Assembly: GCA_964016885.1 (NCBI GenBank)
Contig: OZ024740.1
Coordinates: 367,040,001 to 367,104,000 of the forward strand
Length of the DNA stretch: 64,000 nt
Direction of reading: 5' to 3'
Source of the DNA: Eledone cirrhosa
Taxonomy: Eukaryota
Below the pieces are notes generated by a model that did not search any database, was not told the origin of the DNA, and saw nothing but the letters and a program-made list of their open reading frames with translations. The position numbers were made by a program, and so were the translations under genes. This document shows, in pieces, positions 54,784 to 64,000 of the stretch. Each line of letters begins with the position of its first letter. Position 1 is the stretch's first letter.

Positions 54784-55589
54784 ATATATATATATATATA
54801 CATACATGCAAAACATACAATAGGGTCTGATATGTGTAATATGTTGAGTAGAAAAATAATCATGATTAACTTAGATTATCCATGATATTAGTAGAGGAAA
54901 ATGTTCCTCTCTGTAACCACGATGAAGGGAAATAAATGCAATACAATAAATTATTTTGAAATTTATGATAATATAGAAAATGCAGTATGGGAGTGGAACT
55001 CCTCTTGCCGTCTGATGTAATAAACTGTGTATTTTGGTCATGTTTCGAGCTTTTAAGCAAGGAAAATTCTACTCAGATGGTAAGATGTCGAAGTTATAAA
55101 TGAATAAAAATGATAAATGAATGGAGTAACGGTGATTATGAATGTCAACAATACGGCTTAGGGAAATTTCCTCAATGGAGGATTTTTGCATACAAAATAT
55201 CCGATAAGGTCACACATGCAATGCAATGAGTTGGCAAACATCGAAAGTCGACTAAAACTAAAAGCAAGCTAGGAACAATAAAGTAAATGGCATTTTGGGA
55301 AATATTAAAAATGTAATTTTGGAATGTATTTCGTCTTTTAGTATTTTCTATATTTCTAAAACTTTCAATTAATTGATTGCTTTGGAATTCTCTCCCTTAT
55401 TGTTATACATTTCAAACACCTAGAGGGGGCATCTTTATATCAGTTGTATGGATGGTCTTAGTTTGCAACTAAATTTATTACACATAGACTCTACAGTATT
55501 TATGTGAATATATTTAATATGCAGTACATTACCCTGTGGTATTTCCACTGAAGCATGTATGTATATATGTTTATATGTATGTATGTCAC

Positions 55590-55983
55590 CTAACACTGAA
55601 AAGGAAGGTGAAGAAAAGAGACTGTTCTGAACTGCCTGTTGTTGACATCATCTGGTTTGCCAGCACTGTGGTCCAGTCTGCCAGAGCAAAGCTTATTTGA
55701 TCAGTCACGAACAATGTCATATCAGTAGACCTCATGTAGATTATGATCTAAAAAGGTGTAAGGAATGTAGCAAGGAATATGCAAGCATGGGTTGTCTTAA
55801 AAGGCACACGAGAACTCTCAGTCAGAACAAAGCAATGAAAAGTCTCAGAAGAGCCTACAGTTGCCATGTGTGTGACAGAGGATACAAGTCTTTGGCTGGT
55901 TTAAAGAGCCACATTCGTGCCTCATATTTTTGAGCATATTATGGGGCGATGGCAATGCTCGAACACAAGTTTGCAGCCATCAT
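55590..55983 (+). mobile_element. 3' end of an RTE-type LINE with three C2H2 zinc-finger motifs and an (ATGT)n tail
   Basis: CQHCGPVCQSKAYLISHE, CKECSKEYASMGCLKRHTR, CHVCDRGYKSLAGLKSHIR; then ctcgaacacaagtttgcagccatcat and atgt repeats. Confidence 0.6.
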
Positions 55984-56011
55984 ATATGTATGTATGTTTG
56001 TATGTATGTAT

Positions 56012-56547
56012 GTCGGGTCACTCTTGAGTGCTACTGGTAACATGTAACCCAGTACAACCTGTCGCATGGTCGGGATGTCGGCGACTAAACCGGCAACCCC
56101 ACCAAGTTTACTTGGCGAGGAGGGTGATTTTGGACACTCTGCAGGACAAAAAACAAAACCTGACAAAGGGCGGAAGAACTCATAAGAGTCAACAGCCATC
56201 CCAAAGTGTGTAAATATGTATATACACATGTACCGCGCGGTTAAACCACTGGGAATGAAGGACCCTAGCCTTTGTCAGGGCATTCTTCTAGGAGAAGGCA
56301 ACTCAGGAAACTGGGATAACTCCGATATAAAACCTGCGGCTCAGTAGTTACCGATAAGGTTGATTTTTTCTTCTTTTCGGATTACAGCTAGTGTCGCTCA
56401 GAGAGTGCGATTGGCTCAGTGCACAGTCTTTCCTCACTTTAAAAAATACCTTCACGCACAGGCATTGCACGATAGAATTAATTAATAATTATAAATAATA
56501 GTGTCATGCAATGCCCATACTCGATAACGAGGAGGCAGCCATCATGT
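56012..56547 (+). mobile_element. Non-autonomous RTE-type derivative (family of 18868-19345; another fragment at 59810-59990)
   Basis: cggttaaaccact..gaaggacc.tagcctttgtcagggcattcttctaggagaaggcaactcaggaaactggga is shared with 59826 onward; same 3' tail. Confidence 0.65.
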
Positions 56548-57822
56548 ATGTATACATATTGCTTCAATACAATAAATCAGCATTCTAATGGTCCCATTTT
56601 CTTTCTATTTTTAAGCTATAACATTCAACTCTGCATCTTTCTCCTGATACACTTTTCTTTATATTACTATTTTCTTTCTCAACATTTCCTTCTCCTATCT
56701 CCAGTCAGCCCTTGCTTAAAATATATAATCTATGATATCACCATTAGATTGTATCCCTAAGCATGAATGTTAAATTTTCTGTGAAATTAAATCTTAATTA
56801 TTTTGAAATAATTTATGGTTTCCATTGAACATTGCTCACCATTGCCGCTAGATTGTTGTTCATATTCATCAACGATGAGACAAAATTCACTTAATTTTAC
56901 ATTTTTTTTTACATCACCATCTACAGACCGACCTGCCTGCATATTGGAATTATTTAATTTCATGCAATTGGCGCAGTTTCTGTAATTGTGAAAATTATAC
57001 TGGCAAAAATCCTTCATAAATCTTTTCCTACTTGTAAAATTATATTTGATAAAATTGAGAAGACTGTTAAAATGTTGAGCTGAAGCAAGTCTCCTCCAAC
57101 TTCTCTGTTGATAGAGACAAGATTGTATTCTAACAATAAACTTTCAGTTTTATGTGAGATTAATTAGCATTGATAGTCTGAAAGAAACCTAGATTTGTAT
57201 GCATTATTAATGATGCAGTGTCAATCACTAACAAGTATTAATCCTGTAGAATTATGTTGTGTGATTTATGTCATTTTATTAGATATGTATTGTATAGGTT
57301 GTGTGATGTGGCATAGAGATTGCACTGTTTTAGTTGCAACATTGAATCAATATCTTTTACAGGATATGGGGTGTTCCTAGAATAGATATTGTGTAACTTT
57401 ATGAACCCTTTTATTTCATCATAAATGATCAACTTATTATAAACACATTTTAAACCGTCATAACCTACATTATGTTTATTTCGATTTAGACTATGTTGAA
57501 CGATTGAATACCCGAGGTATCGATTAATCTGGCTAGTGGAAAGAAATGTATTAGGCTGGAGTCTAAATCAGTATAGTTTTCTAACATTCACCTCACGAAA
57601 ATGTATATAAGCTATTGCTTATACTTGTCATAGTACCGAATGAGTAAATGTCAGCAATTATGGTTAGATATCACAAACGACGTATCTATCGTTCGCGCAC
57701 GATTATTGAGATACCTGTGACATGATCACAACTTAAATTATCCATAGGTAGACTTATAAATGTATTATACATAAACGTATTTTATATGCCTTTATATACG
57801 CTTCTAACGCTTTTATTATATA

Positions 57823-58436
57823 CTAGCAGAATGGCTCGGCGTTGCTCGGGATTTGCTCTAGGGTTCTTATATATTTGATATATATTTATCCTTATCGAGG
57901 CCCGTGAAATAAATACGTTTGTTTATATTTTGTTATTGTGTATGCAAATATATAATTATATATATATATTAAAATAACAGTTTAAAGTTTAAGCAAAGAA
58001 TCGCTGCTTTCACCCTTAATAGGATCTTCTGAAACTAAAAAAATCAATCTGTGAACGCAGAAGTAAATATTTCGAAAAACGTTACACACTATTTATATAT
58101 ATACACACACTATATATACATATATATATACACACACATATAGCGTCATAATGTCGTAATGCAGACAGGCAGATATACAGACAGATATCATAAGGGCGCA
58201 ACGTTATATGTATGTATCTATCTAAAAAGAAAGGCTAAGAATTATAGAGAGAGATCGCTAAATCGCATAATGCAGTCCCTAGGGCATTGAAAAGTTGAAA
58301 TATCTTTTGCTCAAAACACTCACAGGACCATAAGTATTACATGTGTAAAGTTTGAAAACAATCGGTTGGGTGGTTCTCGAGTTTTAGGGAGTCAGACAGA
58401 CAGATAGACAGACATTCTCTGTTTTATATATATAGA
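57823..58436 (-). mobile_element. Non-autonomous Helitron
   Basis: The minus strand begins A|TCtatatata (58436) and ends with the GC-rich imperfect hairpin cccgagcaacgccgagc, then CTAG|T (57823). Internal (CAGA)n tract. Confidence 0.75.
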
Positions 58437-60575
58437 TGTACTAATTGATATATATAATTAGAAAACATATGTTAATAGGGAACCATAACCTATAGTTTAT
58501 GATATATTTTGTTATTCAATTTGCTCCACTATGATGGTTTTCTTTTTAATTTAGTGACAAGTTATGTTTTTTTAAATGGATTTGATTCTTTCTGGAGCAC
58601 GGAACATACGTGATCTTTGAATCAATATAAAATAAATCTTCAACACACTGCCTCCTAGAAATAAACTGTTTTTGGTTTTAGATGCAATGTTTCAGTATCA
58701 TGTTTTCAAAATCAATATGAGAGAGAACAATTAAGCCCCCCCCCCCCCGGTTACATTTTAATTCAGAAACCTTTCATTGAATCTACATAACAACATTCAA
58801 ATAAGATTATTTATGAAATAAAAAAAAACAAATGTTTAGATATTCAATTTTGATGTGGAATTAAATTTCATTAGTTAATGTATATCGACTCCTAAGAGTA
58901 TAGCTAAGTTTCCCGATTCATAGCTTAGCATGGTTCGTTTATTATCTATTGATATCGGTCATGCTAGTTCCTCTATGGTTGGGTAATTCTAACCAACAGA
59001 TCAATGCCCTATATATATATGGTTCTAAGTCACAATATCGATCTATTTCAGTTTGAATCATAGAATAATGAAGCAGTCGTGTTTGAAAACATAATTCTCT
59101 GATAAAGAATGGATATTTCCGTGATAATGCTTTAATTTTTTTCCGGGAAGTTATCATTGGCTTTTCGTATAGTTTTATCTATGATGTAATACGTGAGTGC
59201 CATGACAAACTTCCAGGGGGATCTATTTATCATATCATACGATATTTTGAACTTCAGGTGAGCAAAATATTCTTCAACAAACTTACAGTGCTGACACGGA
59301 TCATAGTGATGAATTGTTCATGTTTAAACAATTTTTCTTCTACCAAATTATCTGGATCAATACATTTTGTGTAACTTGTTCACGGACAAAGAACCACGCT
59401 GCTGATAGGATAACAATTGTCCACACTTTATTAACACAACATGATACGATCCACTGTATTGTTTCACTGTTTTATTATTCGAGATTGAATTTAATTTATC
59501 GTTGTCTGTTAAACGCCCCTGCCGACATTATTATGTTGATAAGAAGTACATTTTATCAGTCGTTTAATGCAAGCCAACATTCCGGCTTGATATCGTACAT
59601 TAGATTGTATCTCAGGTAATATCTAATTGGGAGACATTGGTCCTAGACCGAAATTGTTAGGTCATCAGTTTCTCCTTTCAGGTGCATGTATGTATGTATG
59701 TATGTATGTATGTATGTATGTATGTATGTATGTATGTATGTATGTATGCATGTATGCATGTATGTATGTATGTATGTATGTATGTATGTATGTATGTATG
59801 TATGTATAAGTCTAACCGATCGCACGGTTAAACCACTAGGAGAGAAGGACCCCTAGCCTTTGTCAGGGCATTCTTCTAGGAGAAGGCAACTCAGGAAACT
59901 GGGACAATTCCAACATAAAACCTGCGGCTCAGTAGTTACCGATGATGTTGACCTTTTCTTCTTTTCGGGTTATAGCTACTGTCGCTCAGTATGTATGTAT
60001 GTATGTATGTATGTATGTATGTATGTATGTATGTATGTATGTATGTATGTATGTATGTACCTATGTGTGTATTAGTCTATGTATGTATGTATGTATGTAT
60101 GTATGTATGTATGTATGTATGTATGTATGTATGGAAGTATGTGTCCGTATTTCGGGACTAACAGTGATTGCAGAGATGTCGGTTTGTTAGGCGGGTTAGT
60201 GCTCTAGCGTGTAAATAATTTCATCTGTTAGTTACGGGAATAGGTATGGTTGGTGTAGATTATTACACAACGGGATTGTAGTCACCGCACATAACAATAA
60301 ATATTGTATATCATTATACAGAAACTGAGTAATATGGCAGCTGCAAATTGAAATATCTGTCCCTTTCATATTGGTATCTATAGCGGGTTGGTTAATGGAA
60401 TATGAGTCAGAAAGAAATGATGATATTTGAAGTAGTAATGATGGATGGTGTCTTGGATTTAGCAAAAAACATTTAATTTGTCATTAACTTTGTTTTAATG
60501 TATTAAATGTATTAGTTACAGGTTTGGGATTATTTATTATTGACTTACTTTTCGGAGTGTATTATTTGCATATAG

Positions 60576-60762
60576 GGCGGTGGATTGGCAGTATCGGTAG
60601 AGGGTCGGACGCCATGCTTTACAGCATAGTTACGTCCCTTTACGATCTGAGTTCAAATCCCGCCGAGCTTGACTTTGCCTTTCATCCTTACGGGGTCGAT
60701 AAAATAAAGTACCAGTAATGCACTCGGTAATTGCTGGCCTTGTGCCTAAAGTAGAAACAATT
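60576..60762 (+). mobile_element. Young SINE family 1 with a perfect target-site duplication
   Basis: attatttgcatataggg at 60561-60577 and 60760-60776. Confidence 0.93.
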
Positions 60763-61020
60763 ATTTGCATATAGGGACATTTAAAGATTACATTTCATTT
60801 CTTCTAGGTGTATCTATATTCAGATTTATGTATTTGACGGTTTTATTTGCTTATTTACACCAACACACATACACACAAATGCAGACACACATGCACACAC
60901 ATACACACACACACATACACATGCATATACAAACAGATACACACACACATACGCACAAACATATATATAGTTCATCACTGGCAGAAAATATTCATTAAAC
61001 AACTTTCTTTTGATATATAT

Positions 61021-61135
61021 ATATTGTTATACTTTGGGAGGGTCATGTTGCGAATAAGAAACACACGCACCAGTGAAAGCAACTGGTGCGTGTGTTTCTT
61101 ATTGGCAACATGACCCTCCCAAAGTATAACAATAT
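61021..61135. repeat. Near-perfect 54-bp-arm hairpin at a TA tract
   Basis: 61021-61074 versus 61082-61135, one mismatch, loop gaaagca. Confidence 0.9.
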
Positions 61136-61189
61136 CGGTTTCAACACACGTTTTCAGATAAAGAATCTTGCTAAACAAATTCAGAAACG

Positions 61190-61231
<42 letters not shown>

Positions 61232-61235
61232 CCAT

Positions 61236-61554
<319 letters not shown>

Positions 61555-61569
61555 AGTGTGTGTATTCAA

Positions 61570-61800
61570 GGGAGAGTTTTTTTAATGAATATGTTCTGCC
61601 GGTGACGAATTATGGAAGTGAGACATGGACACTTAGCACCACCACTGCAGAGACATTTGCAGCGATCCATTGTAAAATCGAACGAATCATATTCGGCATC
61701 ATCTTACGGGACAGGAAGAGTAACATCTTGATTCAACAAAAGATTGGAGTGAAGGACCTAATTGACACTAGGGAAACCATAGTTGCGCTGGCCACGATCT
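61570..61800 (+). mobile_element. RTE-clade LINE RT fragment (thumb region)
   Basis: [19 protein letters not shown]...KIERIIFGIILRDRKSN..IQQKIGVKDLID. Confidence 0.7.
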
Positions 61801-62208
61801 GATCCGATACCACTTTACCACATAACCAGTATGAACTCAGATATGAAGCTCTGGAGGTCAACCAGTCAAGGGTTCCTCCAACAGGAGTGAGAACGCCCTG
61901 GATTTGAGTTTCAATATATATGAATACATACATGCATAAATGTATGTTTGTCAATATGCACTCATACACGTATATATATACGTGTATATAGTTAGCTCCA
62001 CAACAAATTAGCAAACCATACTCGAGGAAGCGCGTTTCACCGAAGGGATTTTATCCCAGGTCTTTCTAATTACGCAATACAAACTTCAAAGCGTTGGAAC
62101 AGCGATTAAACCCCCGTTCTTGATTTAAGGCAAGTACTATTATGTAACCTCTTCAAGATATTCACTCTTTCACAAATACACAGCTTATATATATATAGCG
62201 TTAGTTCC

Positions 62209-62264
<56 letters not shown>

Positions 62265-63175
62265 ACGGAAAACAACTGAAAACAACTTGTTTTTAGCCGA
62301 TTTCAGGTAATTTCTATTGTTTGGGTGCATAAGGATGCTGTGACGAGGTGGATAAAGGGCACCTTCCAATAAACTTTTTACTTCTTTCTTCTTTATTGAT
62401 ATGTTTCTGTCACTATGCCGCGTTCATGCTCGACACTGCCATTGATATCTGAAGTATTGATGAAAGAAACAATAAGATCAAACATGCAGTAAAATCGGAA
62501 TATTTTAAGATGTTGGCCATTATCATTTTTCACTGGCATATATGGAAGATAATTACAATTTTTCTTCTTCCTATGAGAATTTCAGCGGAAGCATAATCTC
62601 TTGTACGTGCCAAAGTGTTCGCGATTGAATCGCTAAGTATATATGGGGGATTGCTTATTTGTTGATATTGAGAGAGAATTGTTTGAACATTAACCAATTC
62701 GTTTGCATGATAAATGATAGGTGAGTAAAAATATTTTTATATGCTTGAAATATTGATTTCTAACATTCACAAATCTCTCTCCCTCTCATCCGTTCCTCTC
62801 TATCTCTATCTATCTGCCTATATAGCTACCTACTCAACTATGTCTCTCTCTCCATCTCTCTCAATATATATATTTGTTATTCATCTTTCTCTCTCTATAT
62901 ATATAGTTTGATGATCCCACATTAAAAGGGGCATACGTCATGAGCAGCAGATATTTCGTCTGCCAAACAACCAGTAGCACGAGCCACCCCTTTAACAGCA
63001 ATGAAATAACATTTGCTTATATATTAAAATACATTAATAACACTTGATTTCTACCAAATATCAAATGTTCTCAAGCTTTCAAATTGTTTCATTCGCTTCA
63101 ATGTATCCACTAGTGTATATAAATGTGTGCAGACAATGTGTTTTTATCTAAGTTTCTTTTAAATTTTTACTCATA

Positions 63176-64000
63176 CGAGGGTCGGCTGAAAAGTTCATAG
63201 ACTGAGCAAGATACTCTCATGGAATGTGACTAAAGGAGGTTTATTTTTCAACATAGTCTCGCTTGCAGTCCACACACTTCATCTATCGCTATTGCAGTAT
63301 TTGGATCTCATTGGTGGAGAAGCCTTCATGCTGTTGGTCAAAAACGTTATCAAAAGCAGATATGAAATCATTATCACTGTGATCCTGGTTCCCAGCCAAG
63401 TTTTTTTATGTTGGGGAAGAGATGATGATCAGATGGGGCCAGATCAGGAGAATATGGAGGGTGATCAACCAGTTTAAAGCCACAGTCACGCACAGAAGCC
63501 ATTGAAATCAATGACTTGTGTACTGGAAAACAAAACCCATTTCGTCAGTTTTCCTGGATGTTTGGCGTTGATAACCTTTCGTAACTGCCACAAGAAGTTG
63601 GCATAGTTCACTCCGTTATTGGTGTATTATTTTAAACACGATGCATTTTGCTTTCCCCAAAGTTGAGGCCATCACCTTCCCTGCAAATGAAACGACATTG
63701 GTCTGGGTCTCCCCCAAACAATGTCAGATTTTCCCGTGAGATAATCAGCTTGGTGCACTTTTGATCAGGTGTCAGATAATGTGCCCCCCCCCCCCCCCCC
63801 ATGGAGCAGAATCTTCGTTATGCCCAGTTCATTGTGCAGAGTATTCTCCACTTTCTCTCTGGATATGCTAATAGCATTGGCTATCTGATTTATAGTCAAC
63901 CGCCTGTCATCTGTCACCATGTGGTGAACACAATCAATGGTTTCCTCAGTGATGGCTATTGCAGGACGTCCAGACACTGGGTCATTTTCAAGACTCTCCC
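63176..64000 (-). mobile_element. Decayed mariner transposon, 3' part, continuing beyond the window
   Basis: TA followed by TIR cgagggtcggctgaaaagttc; minus-strand HPPYSPDLAP (~63434-63463) and HTH region SGRP..ITEETID.VH.MV.DDRRLTINQIA..ISIS.E.V...LHNELG. Confidence 0.85.

Noticed and set aside
56012-56120. HDV-like or twister ribozyme at the 5' end of the RTE-derived element
   Set aside because: The required pseudoknots could not be built by eye; an Infernal or RNArobo search would be needed.

Overview
AT-rich, microsatellite-dense eukaryotic (animal) genomic DNA, made almost entirely of transposable elements; the SINE and microsatellite composition suggests a cephalopod such as Octopus (inference). 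No intact host gene is visible, only one or two candidate exons. Most short ORFs in the track are translations of (TA)n, (CA)n or (GA)n repeats. Main contents: (1) three decayed Penelope-like elements (PLE; RT plus C-terminal GIY-YIG), two with clear and one with a probable type I hammerhead ribozyme (HHR) at the 3' end; (2) a 5.2-kb head-to-head array of apparently identical 310-bp non-coding units (5084-10327), each carrying a type I HHR, 11 on the minus strand and 6 on the plus strand, i.e. a retrozyme/circRNA-like element; (3) several smaller fold-back insertions in (TA)n, most with HHR motifs; (4) two tandem Tx1/L1-clade LINEs inserted at (ATT)n, and many tRNA-derived SINEs sharing their 3' tail; (5) relics of R4/Dong-like and RTE LINEs, Tc1/mariner elements and a non-autonomous Helitron. 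The standout system is a PLE/hammerhead set in which coding and non-coding ribozyme-bearing RNAs sit in TA-rich microsatellites with the same head-to-head geometry. This fits twin-primed and, for the array, rolling-circle reverse transcription (inference). All alignments and foldings were done by eye.
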